DNA of 64,000 bases from Cyanidioschyzon merolae (lineage: Eukaryota), in assembly GCA_000091205.1 (NCBI GenBank), contig AP006486.2, one strand, 5' to 3'. Below are positions 47,744-59,688 of this stretch, in pieces (position 1 is the stretch's first letter; the number at the start of each line of letters is the position of its first letter). The translations under genes and the position numbers were made by a program. Below the pieces are notes generated by a model. The model saw only the letters and a program-made list of their open reading frames with translations, was not told where the DNA came from and searched no databases.

Positions 47744-49393
47744 CTACGTTCCCACGGCTTCAGCAGCTACCTCACGTTCCGAAATATTGCGCAAGCATTT
47801 CCAGACAGCAGAGTTGCACTTGAAGCCGCTCCCGAAAGCAATTTGCCAGGTTCTGTCTCCCCGGCGCATCTTTCCTGAACGCTCGATGAATTGGAGTTCA
47901 TACCATATAGATGCGGATGATGTGTTCCCGAAACGATACAGCGCGTACCGACTGGGTTCTACATCCTCTGGAGTCAGTCTGAGAGACGCCTCGATCGTAT
48001 CGATGACAGCTCGACCGCCAGTGTGAATGCAAAAGTGTTCGAATGCTCTGTGAAAGTCCGGAACGTACGACTTGACGTGCTTCTGACCCAAATACCTTCG
48101 GCGCGCTAAATTCACAAAGAATCGAATGTGGACGTCTAGCGGGAAAACAAGCGGCCCCAACCGAAAGATGTTCTCTCGCAGCGTCTCGCCGGCGATCTCC
48201 ATGATGTGTTTGGATAATCGGACGCCCCGAATCCCCTTCTCATCTTCCTCCTGGAAGATACAACGGTATGCTAGATCATCGGCGCCCCGGTGCGTCCGGA
48301 CAGTGTGCAAAAGGGCATACTTGGCTCGCCTAGAATCACTGAGCCGATTACTTAGGAGCACGGCCGCTCCGCCGAGCCGAAACAGCGTATTTGTTATGAG
48401 CATGCTGCGCTCCTGTCCCAAATACCAATTCTGTGTTATATTCTCAGTACTCACGACCAAACAGAGAGCATTCCGGTGGCATTGGAGCAAGTCCTTGGCG
48501 AGATCGATGGAAATCAAGCCAGCGCTGCACCCCATTCCTGAAAGATTGTATGTCAGAATACTGGACTTCATTTTGAAATGGTTCACAATCATGGACGTTA
48601 GAGACGGCGTGGGGTTGAAAAGGGAGCAGTTCACGATGAGTATGTCAATGGCTTTTGGATTTGTTTTGGTGCTGCGGAGCAGTTCCCCAACAGTAGTGAA
48701 AAGGACCATTTCCGCCTCTCTGCGAGCGCTAGCCATATTGAGAACGCGATCACCGCGACCGCCATTTGCTCCAATCTCTTTCGCCCGGAACATGGCTTCG
48801 GGGAAGTAGGTACAGTCGCCAACGCTAGCTCGCTCCAGAAGCCTTTTCTGGAACTCGATTGATTCTGGGGTGAAGCAGTTGGCCTCCTCAGTAAGCCGCA
48901 GGAAAGTCTCCTTGGAGACTTTGAGTCGCTCAGGCGGAATGAACGTCGCAAAATCAAGCAGGTAGACGGGCTTTCTGCGCCATGTGAGATATACCACGCC
49001 ACTCAAAATGAGAAACAGGAACGTTATCGCCAGTTCGATGACGTTGTACTGGTACTTACCGCCGAGAAGACTCAGCGCTGGGGCCGAATAGTACGCTTCA
49101 TAGATTGTTGCAAACGAGACCACCACGAAAACGCCTAAGAAAAAGTGCGAAAGGTTCTGGAAGAACTCCGAAGACCTATACCCTGAAAAAATGTAGGAGA
49201 GGTTAACCCAGGCACCTGTTTCGCGCTCTTGCAAATACTGCAGCTGCACCCGCTGCCAGAGCGCCCGCGTCGAAAGCGACAGTGCAGTCAGCGGGTTTGA
49301 AGGTCGCCCACTGTGGGCGGCTGACTCTCCATTCGGGACCGCGTCAACGATGTCGGCGTTGCCCTGCCCGAGACTCGGATCTGGAGAAGCCAT
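47744..49393 (-). CDS. KCS: FAE1-type 3-ketoacyl-CoA synthase (very-long-chain fatty acid condensing enzyme, KCS).
   Basis: VNHFKMKSSILTYNLSGMGCSAGLISIDLAKDLLQCHRNALCLVVSTENITQNWYLGQERSMLITNTLFRLGGAAVLLSNR is almost identical in pattern to the plant KCS active-site region, and the C-terminal ACP-synthase III-like domain is present. The ORF is open from 49555; the Met at 49393 gives the canonical ~550 aa. Confidence 0.85.
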   Translation of the reverse strand: MASPDPSLGQGNADIVDAVPNGESAAHSGRPSNPLTALSLSTRALWQRVQLQYLQERETGAWVNLSYIFSGYRSSEFFQNLSHFFLGVFVVVSFATIYEAYYSAPALSLLGGKYQYNVIELAITFLFLILSGVVYLTWRRKPVYLLDFATFIPPERLKVSKETFLRLTEEANCFTPESIEFQKRLLERASVGDCTYFPEAMFRAKEIGANGGRGDRVLNMASARREAEMVLFTTVGELLRSTKTNPKAIDILIVNCSLFNPTPSLTSMIVNHFKMKSSILTYNLSGMGCSAGLISIDLAKDLLQCHRNALCLVVSTENITQNWYLGQERSMLITNTLFRLGGAAVLLSNRLSDSRRAKYALLHTVRTHRGADDLAYRCIFQEEDEKGIRGVRLSKHIMEIAGETLRENIFRLGPLVFPLDVHIRFFVNLARRRYLGQKHVKSYVPDFHRAFEHFCIHTGGRAVIDTIEASLRLTPEDVEPSRYALYRFGNTSSASIWYELQFIERSGKMRRGDRTWQIAFGSGFKCNSAVWKCLRNISEREVAAEAVGT

Positions 49394-52300
49394 TCTATTT
49401 TCGGCCCTAAATCTTCTCTCACCGATACCTGTTAAAACAAGAGTCCTACCTGCTCGTTGTGGTGCAGGGCAAAAGCGTGGAGGCACCGGGAATCGATCGG
49501 TTGGCGCTCTGTCCAGAACCCGGGGCGAGGCAATGCGAATGCCTCGAGTTACCACTATGCTGGTTGACTAATCTCCATGCCCCCTACGCTGAGGCTGTGC
49601 GCAGAAAGTGTATATAAAGACGTGCGACGTGACGCGGGCCGGGACGCATGTGTGCTCAAATCGCCGGAGCTTGGCGGACGAATCGCGATCGCCGCGCAGA
49701 TGGGGTCGGTGCTGCGTCGAGTCGCCGACGAGGTCGCTGATGGGCAGCTCTACGAGAATTCTCTTTTGTGGTGCAGGATCGCAGACATGACCAGTTATCT
49801 CCGGTGCGCAATTGACATAGACATCGAGAGCCGCATGCGTCATTCCGTATGAGAATTCCAGGCTCTGCCAACAACCAGTAATCAAACCGTCTCCTCCTTG
49901 GGTATCATGGTAAGCTCACAGAACGATTTCCCATCGTGCCGAGCCTACCATCCGTGCGGCTGGGGCGTCTGCAGCGCGGCTGCGGACGCCACACGGACAC
50001 ATAGTTGCTCTATCATATTCTTGCGGGTTCCGACTCGAGGTATTCGTCGGGGAGTAGGCTATGAATGACCCGCAGATGCCAGCGCACTGAATTGTGGGTA
50101 CACGGCGATGAGCTTGTGCAACGGGACGCTGTGCTGCTGTCAGGTCTCGCGTTTGGCGACGTGTTTTGCACCTCGGAACAAGAGGTCCAGTTTGGTACAT
50201 GATGCAGGTTCTCCAGTGCTCGGCGAACGGAGAGGATACGTGCCATTTGGAACATATCCCATCGAGAGAAATGAGAGGGGCGTGAGCATGCGGGCCTTCC
50301 TACCTGAACCTGTCGCTGATGAGGTTTCCGTTTTGATGAAAGCCTCAGATGGGGAGTGATATACGCTGTAGATCCATATCTCAGCCTGTTCGAATGCTTA
50401 TTCGCCGGGAAAGCTCAGCGGGTTGTATAGCAGCCCCTGCCGCTGCTGCGTTCCGTCTCCGCAGCCTGCTCAGGCCAACGTACACCGAGGCTAAACGAGC
50501 GGATTCGGTTACCAGAATGACCTGCATGGGTTGAGTCTGGAAAGGATTTTTTGATGTTGCCAGCACAGCTAAATTTTTTATGTTTCTGACGCAGCATTTT
50601 TTTGATGGAGCTCGACGTGCCGGGCCGCAGTGCCATGTCGCGGTGGGCTCGCCCAATCCTGCTGATGAAACTGCTATACTAGCCCGCAACGCAAAAACCG
50701 AGCGATATTCCAGCATTGAGAACGCTTCGAACACACCTTTCATCGGCGTTGCGCAAAGCTATGTCTCGGGGTGCCGCTGCTCGATCTTGTACAGGTGTCG
50801 CTGAGCGCTGCTGATCAATCAGTTTGATATACCTTCATTGAAAAAACGGCAACTTTCCAGCGCTGCTCATGCATGGCACGGGGCTTTGCATGCTCTATGT
50901 GGAAAGGTTTGTATCGGATTTCTCTATTCTGTAGCTGTAAACGTACATCCAAACATCGGGTTGCCTTCGCCAATTGAAAGACCCGCCAGGCTGCGGACGG
51001 ACGTCAGTTTGCCGTGTGTGTATTTCATCTGTATTCGCTTCGCAGTGTCGACTAGTACACGCAGACGCGGTTGCTCTGAAGGCCTTTGTTGCACTCGCAA
51101 CTTCTATGACATGCGATTTTCGCATCGGTGCCGCAAGGAAGCTCGCTGCCGCTGTACGATGGGCGCTGCCTCGCGAAACTCACGAAGCGCACTATGCCGC
51201 AGAAGACCGCGGATCTTGGTCCCGGTCAGAATTCCTGCGACAAGCCGGGCATTTAATATATGACATCAGTTTATGACTGGCCGCTGCGTGAGAACGGCGC
51301 GTTGACAAATAGCGCGGGCCACAAACTCCGCGGCATATGCAGAGGGTCCTCAGTCTTGCAATCGTTACACATTGGGTGTTCTGCGTGGACCGTATCATGG
51401 CTTGTGGCGGATAAACCGGACCTATTCTGCCATCCATGCATCGTGGGTGCAAAGGTCTGCCATTAGCAACCATTAAACTTCAATATAGCAGCGGAAAGCT
51501 TGTCTGCTGCTTCCATACGCATTACCGTGTCGAACATGTTTTCCACATGGACATAGCGCAAACGCGTCCAGCGGCAAGACGATCGAGGGCTTCCTGTCGT
51601 CCAGGGGGTCGCTCTGGAGCTCATGGAGCATATTAGCATCTGGAGAAGCACGGCAGTCTATTCTCTATGTATCGGGGGCGTCTACGCTACTCGGAGTTTG
51701 TAGTTTGAATTCATGATTCAACATCCTAAAGAAGAAATAAGGTGGGCGCTCTGCGCGCTTCTGATTCACTGAGAGCTACCTTCGACATAAACGACCAGTT
51801 TCTACAAAACTACAAGATGATGCCATGGTTCCTCCTGGGCTAGATAAAGCGGACAGCGTATAGCGAATGAAAATGCATAGCGCCGCAATTCTCGGCAGCT
51901 GCACCGAAGCCTTTCCGACTTGGTCCTTGCGTGAAAAGTGATTCCATTTCCAGCACTACGGTACAGAAGCCAGTACGAGTTCCTATGCGACGCACACAAA
52001 TGATCGCTCTGCAGTGCTGCTCATAGACACCACAACAGGATTGTGCAGCGGAATACGATAGCCATAAAGAAGCACAGCGAACTTCAAAGAAAACAGTTGC
52101 CTCCCACGAGATGACTTTTCGGCGATTCACGCCCAGTTCGGATCTACACTCAGAAAAAGACTTGCTACGATTGGCTCCATCCTCATAGCAGTATGGACGA
52201 TCAAACATCGCTGAGCTGCAACATTGAAGTCCGCACGAGCTGAGACTTTTCTCCAGGCGAATCGCCAATACTCTCTCTAAAGCCCCTATTTAACGCCTAG

Positions 52301-53997
52301 ATGGGCATCTCTTTCCAGTTTTAGCTTCAAAATAGAACATTGAGCAGTTCGCTATTTTGTGCTTTTCATTCTTATCCAGAACTTTGCCATAGGGTGTATA
52401 GCCTCGACATTCGAGGTGCTGCAATAATAGCCCGCGGATACATCAGCAGTATCAGGATTCTCGGTCGCATGTTCTGTGTGGCTCTAATGAATCTTTGCCG
52501 CTGGATATCGTTACTTTGCTAAAACGAGGATGATTGGCGACTCTTCCCTCGAGCACGGTCTCGTGCGATAATCGACATCACTATCCAGTATATCCGAAAA
52601 ATCCTCCGCTCTTCGTCTGTCCTTCTGGTTAGCATGGCCCAATCCCAGATGCTTCACGTTTTCGATCTTCCTTCCTGATGACGACTCATAAGCTCTGCAG
52701 CTCGCGCAGCTCGATAAACGAGGAAATGAATGTTCGACGTTATCCCATGACGACTTATATGTAAGCTCATGCGGAAAGGTAAATGAAATTGTTCCATCAA
52801 AAAAACGATTCCCTCCGAAAGAAAAATCATCTGAACTCTGTAGCGACCAACGAGATTGCATTGGGCAGCGACATGATGCCGTTCACCGGGTATGCTGCCA
52901 GAGGCTCCCGGCTCTCCTGTTTGCATGCGGGAGGGTTTTGGATTCGGACTTTCTGTCCCTGAATCGATCGATTCCTGTGAAGCGTGCATCATCGCATTGC
53001 TCGAAGGGCGCGTGGAAGGATCGGAATTATTCGACGTTCCGCAACGTGCATTTCCTTTCCGGTAAATGTTTCAGCATGAACAACATCGCGTTCCATAAAT
53101 CCACTACCGAATGGAACAGCGTGCATCAGCCCAAGCAGTGTTCAGGGTGCTCACCGAGGGGATCGCCCTACAGAAGCCGTTTATCGTCGGGTGCGGCATC
53201 AGGCGCGAAAACGGAGGAAGGCGTCAAGGAGACCCATCTGTAAGCGTCAAACATGTGAACCGAATGATGAAGCAAGCCTTTACGTGCCGTGAATTTGCCC
53301 TCTGAAGATAAAGTGCTGTGGACATATCGGAAAACCTGACCACGGTCATTTGTAACCGCTTTCTGTGTAAGGGACGCACTTGCGCAGTTTATGAAGAAGA
53401 TTACGCAGCAGGCAAACTGCAGATGCCAACATCATCTCCTGATGAAAAGCGTGGGAAACAACCGGAAGATGCCAAGTCGGGATCAAGGCCGCCATGAACA
53501 CCGTTCGACTCCTAAGAACAGAACCGGAGGTAACGGAGAAACCGGAGTATCATCAGTCTGAGATTAGATAGAAGAAAAGGGAAGCAGCCGTTGAAGAGCT
53601 CGCGTAGAATAACGATCAGGATAGCGGGCAGCTATCAAAGCTTTAGCACATATGCCAGAATTACCAAGGTGAAACTTTCCCATTAAGTCTGACATGAGTA
53701 TCGTTAGAAGTAACGTTCTGTCGACCGATGAATCTGACTCGGGTGATGGGGATGCCGCCGCCCCGGAGCCTCGCCCCAAACGCTCCTGCATTCTTGTTCT
53801 CGTCAGTGGCGAGGTGCTGCTGGCAGAACGTACCTCCCTCTGGTGGCGAACTCGAACCCAAGTAACATCTCTTGGTTCGTATTTCTCCGCTTGGTGCGAT
53901 ATGCTTTAGCGGAGACCATGCGATATCCCTGCAAGCCATGGTAAGCCTAAGCTCTTGCGTTCGGGCTGCTCTGCGTAGTCTCTACCCTGGGCTCCGT

Positions 53998-54981
53998 ATG
54001 CTGCAGTTTACACCGAGGCGCATATTCGGCCTTTTGCCGGTGCTCACCGTCTGCCTTCTGATAGCTCTGGGCTATATAGCAATCGTGGTGGTGACCCTCG
54101 TACCAATGCTGGCCGCGAAACCGTTCTGGGCGACAGTGCTACTCCTATTAGTTCACTGCATTCTTGTGCTGTTACTGTGGTCATACGCCGCGGTGGTGCT
54201 TGTTGACCCGGGGCACGTTCCAGCGACGTGGTCCTTCGCCCGCCTTGGGTGGCCTCTTGAGCTTCGAGGCTCACCGGAAGCACGGGATTTCGTGGCGAAA
54301 AGTGACCTGTCCGACGCAGCGGACGGTTCTGAACGTGGAATGCTCGTCGAAGGCCTACGATTCGTCCCTAATGACAAAGTCAAGCTTCCTGCGGTTGTGC
54401 TCATGCGAAATCGATTCAACAGATATCGATACTGCAGCAAGTGTCTGATCTACAAGCCTGACCGAGCGCATCATTGCAGTGCACTGGAACGCTGCGTTCT
54501 AAAGATGGACCACTTTTGTCCGTGGACGAATAACACTGTCGGCTTCTATAATCACAAGTTTTTCGTGCAGTTTCTTTACTATGGATTTATGGCATGCCTC
54601 GTCACAGCAGTTCTATCTTTTCCAGCGATTGTACAGCGCCTATCGATGGAGATCTCTGACGAGCAAACAAGAGAGTTCGTCATCGTCATTCTCGGACTTA
54701 TTGGCTGGATTGTTTGTGTAATTTTCGCGTTTGCCTTACTTTTTTTCGCTGCGTTTCATACGTACCTTGTGCTCAGAAATCGCACAACGATAGAGACATA
54801 TGAAGCAACAGATCCAACTACAGCATTGGTACTGGAGGCGTTTGATTTGGGGCCCAGAGCGAACTGGAAGAGTGTGTTTGGGGAGCACGTATGGGCGTGG
54901 ATCCTTCCGGTGTGGAGCAGACACCATCGCGGAGACGGCATCTCATGGGAAACCAGGGTTCACCGGGAAGCCTTCGTCTAA
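53998..54981 (+). CDS. DHHC-type protein S-acyltransferase (palmitoyltransferase).
   Basis: [44 protein letters not shown] is the DHHC-CRD zinc-finger signature, flanked by the four transmembrane helices typical of the family. The ORF is open from 53872; the Met at 53998 precedes TM1. Confidence 0.85.
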   Translation: MLQFTPRRIFGLLPVLTVCLLIALGYIAIVVVTLVPMLAAKPFWATVLLLLVHCILVLLLWSYAAVVLVDPGHVPATWSFARLGWPLELRGSPEARDFVAKSDLSDAADGSERGMLVEGLRFVPNDKVKLPAVVLMRNRFNRYRYCSKCLIYKPDRAHHCSALERCVLKMDHFCPWTNNTVGFYNHKFFVQFLYYGFMACLVTAVLSFPAIVQRLSMEISDEQTREFVIVILGLIGWIVCVIFAFALLFFAAFHTYLVLRNRTTIETYEATDPTTALVLEAFDLGPRANWKSVFGEHVWAWILPVWSRHHRGDGISWETRVHREAFV

Positions 54982-56312
54982 AACTGTTCCCGGAAGAGTG
55001 CTGTCGATCGACTTGACGAGCGCACAGCGGTGCATACTCGAAAACGATGCATGTGTTATCGAGGATTATGCTGCAGCGCCTATGAGCAGCCTGTGTTCTC
55101 GCGATAATCGCACTCTGAATGCTTCTTCATCTTGAAGGTGTATTTGGCAAAAAGGAAAACAGTCGGCGTTAAAACGCTCTATGAAGCGCACTTGTGCACC
55201 CGAGCTTGGCCCTGGGAGTTATCGTACGTCATCCTTATTTGTTGGCGTTGACAAGACGCCCACGAATATGTCAATTCGGGACCAGCGACGCACGACTTGA
55301 AACTTATCACGTTGAACGCCATTGCGTCCAAGGCGGCGATATGTTACGCGCCCAGCGACATTTTACGCTGTGCTGGAGGATGCTCGTGTCGATGGCCGCT
55401 CTAGGGCAAGCTTGTGATACATGCAACGTTCTACGCATTTTTTGTTCCACAAGTGTGGAACAGATGTTCAGTCTCATAAGCAGCTTCTCAACGACAATCA
55501 CGGTCGGTCTAGCTTTTCTGCACGTAGACTCGAGTTGTGTCAATGAAATGGAAATCTACTCCGATCCCTTGGAGTTCCAGTTCGTGTTCTCTGCAAGCGA
55601 ACGATGCGGGTTCCTCGTCAAACAACAGCGCTGTCGCCGAACAAGACGAGCGTTTGTTCGTTCGGTTGGAAGCGCTTTCTCGAACTCAAGCAATACTATG
55701 TTTCGATCGAAATGGTGCTCAGTCAGGAACGTTTCCCTGCTTGAATGCGAACGCTTTCAGTTGCGAAGCGTGTCTGTCAGAATGAGACGGTGATGCGCTA
55801 CTTGCAGCGCTCCAACATGCCAGAACAATGCGATATTCCAGCCGCTATCCGACAGAGTGCGCTTTTCGGGCATCCGATCGTCACCAAGCGAGAAATTATA
55901 GGCGAACTGGTCACCCAGGTTGCATCTTTCGTTGGAATCGGACCATTTGTCCGAGCGCGCCCTTCCATGAGCCAGGTTGCGAATATACCAGAATCAAGCA
56001 GCTCAAGTATCCACGCAGAAAAGCCCTATTTTTGCGGCTGTTGAGGAGCGGAAGACGGGCAGCGTGCACCATGGACTCGCGTCACAAGAAACAACGCTTT
56101 GGCGTCATATGCATGGTCGTCTAGCGAATCATGAATGTCGCCCGTCACCGACGAGCTTGCAGGGCATTGTATTGGAATGAGCGGAGCACTGCCCAAAAAT
56201 GCTGTCATGCCGTCAAACAGCGCAAGCGGTCCAACCGAGCGAGACGTTTTACTTTCTTTTACGCAGCCCGAGTGCACAGCGAAGCGTCGAGCTCATATGC
56301 TCTTTAGCTTCT

Positions 56313-57120
56313 TCAGGTATATGTACCTGAACATTTGCTGAGGCCCGCAAATGCATCGAATTCGACAGCATGTAGCAACTTAATGGAAACAGGATCTTTT
56401 TGGCTGTTGATCCATAGCAGATCCTGGAACTCCGGCGCTCTGCAGTGTTTCGGGAAGGCGAGACCCGCGCCATACTCTTGGAGGGTCGTAACCGGCGATA
56501 AGTTTTTTATGCTGCTGGCAATAGGCGTCCGCGCAGCTCCAAAGGTTCCGCCGCACTGTACATCGAAGCGCGCATCTGGGGCGACGTATTCCATGCAAGT
56601 GCCGTTCAAGAACACCTCACCGAACTGGCGCTCAGCTGTAGGTGCTCCGTGCAACGCAAGCCGCGTATGGGCTCTCGTCGCCGTTCGAGCTTAAGTATCC
56701 GACGAGCTTGCCGACACGAGTCCATGAAAACTGCGGATATGGCGCAAAGCTGGACGCCTTATGCACGCCGCAGAACGCACATGCAGGCACCACCCGTAAG
56801 GACTGTTTCGGAGCTTGCTCACAATCAGTTCACCCGAAGCGCTGTTAACAGCGAGCTCTTGTTGTTGCGCAATGCTGCCCGAGAAACAGCAGTCGAAAGG
56901 CAGAATCGTGGCGTGCTGGCGTTGTTCACATCCGAAAAAGCGCGCCTTCAGCTATCTTGGGGTGAGCGACCTGGGCACGTTTAGGCGTATCGTCAGCCTG
57001 GTGTGAACCGTATGCAGGCAGAGTTGCGAGTTTCTGATCGAATAATCGCTCGGATAGTGCCCTGTATTGGTTACGCACGGATTGAAGATGTCTGCTTTGA
57101 AAAGGAATCAAACAGCGCAT
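56313..57120 (-). other. Candidate downstream exons, or decayed remnant, of the CRY-DASH FAD-binding domain. The pieces lie in several frames.
   Basis: Minus-strand ORF pieces show weak photolyase-C-terminus-like strings. 56926-57120: VRNQYRALSERLF (compare NRGRQIVCSFLV). 56313-56654: AERQFGEVFLNGTCMEYVAPDARFDVQCGGTFGAARTP (compare [31 protein letters not shown]). 56380-56598: GYDPPRVWRGSRLPETL (compare YDPEGEYVAFWLQQL). The similarity is marginal. Confidence 0.3.
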
Positions 57121-57317
57121 GTCCTCACACGTATGAGGTTGTGAAACGCATCCGCGGAGACGCTTTCACCAAGAATATACAGGCGAAGAAACGAGGATCA
57201 ACGAAATTTGAATAGATCAGACTGAGTTTATACCTCGCCCGGGTTGATCACAAACACCAGATCCATCATAGAAACGCATTAACCTGAGGATGGCTCTTGC
57301 GCGCCGTCATCGGAGAC

Positions 57318-58778
57318 TCAGCTCGCCTGGGGCGCTGCAGCAGCCACAGACGCTTTGTGAGGCATTCCTGCGGCTCTTTCAGACTTGCGCAATCGGCTAG
57401 TGGAGTATTTGTAGGTTATGAGACGGAAAAAGTCACGCCATACGAGCTCGAAGAAAGTCGTCGATTTCTGGGCACCCTCGGCGCCGTTCAGCGCATGGTC
57501 TCTAATCTCGGCGAAAATGCGACGTGGCGACACGCACCCTAGGGCCAGCCATGGTGAAATTTTGCAGCTAAAGTCGGCACCGAGGTGCGCTGCAGCGCGC
57601 TCAACATCACCCCCGACAGAGAGCGCATGTTTGGCGTCTTGGACGTACTGCGCGAGCCGCTGCTGTGCCTCAGACTCACCCCCGCGGAAGTGATGCAGAC
57701 TGGAGCCCGCAGTGCTCGCAGACCCGTATTCCGGTGTCTTCGGGACTTGTCCCAGTCCGAGGTCCTCCAGCGTCGGCAGCGTGCCGTACTCGACATGTCG
57801 CGGGATGGCTCGGATTTCGTCCGGGGCGGCAAGAGGGTCACGAACGCGCGACTTGCTCTCCACAGCGAGGCGGTATTCAGTGTATACGTCGGGCGTCTCC
57901 TCAACAGGGAACGGCAGGTCCTCCACGGCATACAGTGTATTCGTCCAGAAGGGATGCACCTCTACCTTCATATCCTCCAGCTTCCTTGCTACAGCCTCTT
58001 CGCATTCGAGCTCCTCGTAGGTTACCTCCTGATGGTAAAATACCTTCTTAATCTCATACTTACGGCAAAGATCCGGAATAACTTCCTCGGGTTTTCCTAT
58101 GCGGATGAGCAAGTTGTTCCCTTTCTTCTTCAGTGCTTTGCGCAGGTCCGCTACGGACTCGATCAGGAACTTGGCGCGGTATCTTCCCGTTTTCTCAAAA
58201 CCAAACGAGGTTTTCCCAAACTGCCGCGGATCGAAACAGTATACCGGGAGCACGCTTGCACCCTCCTCTAGCGCAGCACACAGCGCGGGATTATCGTCTA
58301 AGCGCAGATCGGAGCGGAACCAAAGCAACACAGTGCCTCCGTTCTTCCCGCCGAATTCAGCGTTCCCTCCGTACTCCGAACCGATAAACTGGGGCGCTGG
58401 ATGCAAACTGAGCCTCTGCAAATTCCGCACTGCTGCGCCGCTTCCGAAATACTCGCTGCTGCGCTCGGCAACGCAGCCCCGCATGACCAACTGGTGCGTA
58501 CGCGAGGCCAGTTCCCAGTGCCGGTGCTCTCGAAAGTGCCTGCGAACGCGTCCACCAGCATGCCGGACCTGGTGCTGGCGCAACACCGTCAAAGCAGATG
58601 TTGTTGGTGAAACAAAAGCAAAGCCCAGAACCATAGTTTCAACAACGACGAAACTGTGTTTACCGACAGCACAGACCGGTAACCTCGACGCGTACTCGCG
58701 AACTTTCCGGTAGCGTAGCCCGTTGCAAGACGGCAAGTACGCACGACAGTGTCGCGAGGGGCGGCGTTCGCGCTGCAA
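57318..58778 (-). CDS. CRYD: Cryptochrome DASH / class-I photolyase. Only the N-terminal alpha/beta photolyase domain and linker are in this ORF; the FAD-binding domain is not in frame.
   Basis: LLWFRSDLRLDDNPAL...LPVYCFDPRQF...LLIRIGKPEEVIP...SPWLALGCVSPRRIFAEI...FFELVWRDFFRL is colinear with plant CRY3 up to the start of the FAD domain. The ORF then runs about 33 residues beyond WRDFFRL without FAD-domain similarity before stopping. Confidence 0.8.
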   Translation of the reverse strand: MQRERRPSRHCRAYLPSCNGLRYRKVREYASRLPVCAVGKHSFVVVETMVLGFAFVSPTTSALTVLRQHQVRHAGGRVRRHFREHRHWELASRTHQLVMRGCVAERSSEYFGSGAAVRNLQRLSLHPAPQFIGSEYGGNAEFGGKNGGTVLLWFRSDLRLDDNPALCAALEEGASVLPVYCFDPRQFGKTSFGFEKTGRYRAKFLIESVADLRKALKKKGNNLLIRIGKPEEVIPDLCRKYEIKKVFYHQEVTYEELECEEAVARKLEDMKVEVHPFWTNTLYAVEDLPFPVEETPDVYTEYRLAVESKSRVRDPLAAPDEIRAIPRHVEYGTLPTLEDLGLGQVPKTPEYGSASTAGSSLHHFRGGESEAQQRLAQYVQDAKHALSVGGDVERAAAHLGADFSCKISPWLALGCVSPRRIFAEIRDHALNGAEGAQKSTTFFELVWRDFFRLITYKYSTSRLRKSERAAGMPHKASVAAAAPQAS

Positions 58779-59688
58779 TCTCTACCAGCATCATCTGCTC
58801 GACGGCGACGCCATCGCGGAGCGCGCGCGCGCCCCTGCGCAAATGTGGACATACGCATACCTTAGGATTCCTGAGGATTCGCGGGCTGCAACCGATCCCT
58901 GGAGCGATATTCGATGCCTGGCGCAGCGTAGCAAAGCGTACGAGCGCAGCATCATTTCAGCAGTGGCCAGCCATCGACAGTACAGCATCGGCGAACTCGG
59001 GTGCATGCTACGCCTCCGTTTACCTGCCCGGGGCTCGGGCGCTTGGCTTTACTCGAATACACGCAAGCAGCGATGCGCCTCTGTGGGCAACTTCACTGCG
59101 TTTACGTGTCCCACAACGCGACTCAGTCAGTGAAACAGCGCTCATGGAATGCTGCATTTGGACGGGGGCATGATCGCTGTCGTGCACAGTGGTTGCTCGT
59201 GCCTTCCGCGGTGCTATCTCGTGGATGTCAGGGTGCTGTAGAGAGAGAGAGGCCCCCTGTCAGGCGAGGTTCACATTCGGATCGAGCGTTTGCATGACAC
59301 GCCGATGGAGATTGCGCAAGAACGTGTGTCCCGTGTCTGGAGACCGAAAGCAACCGTGCGCCCTGGAATACTGACGCGGTGCATCAATCCTTCACCACAA
59401 AAATGCACTGGCTCCGGTCGCATGCGTCAAACAGCAAACACTGTCGCTAAGTACTCTACTCTGCAGCGCATGCAAACTACATCCAGTATCGATCGTGGAG
59501 TGCATCCTGTCCTACACGGACATCCAGACGTAATGCGTCTGCATTGCCCTGCCAGGTACATAACCTCTGAGTGGTGCTGCCAGAGAGCCGCGGCCGCGAT
59601 GCCCACCGTGCGCGCGATGCACGCCACATAGAGGGTCGATCTAGCATTCGACTATATGAAGCGCATTGATTTTACAGAGACTTGCCCG

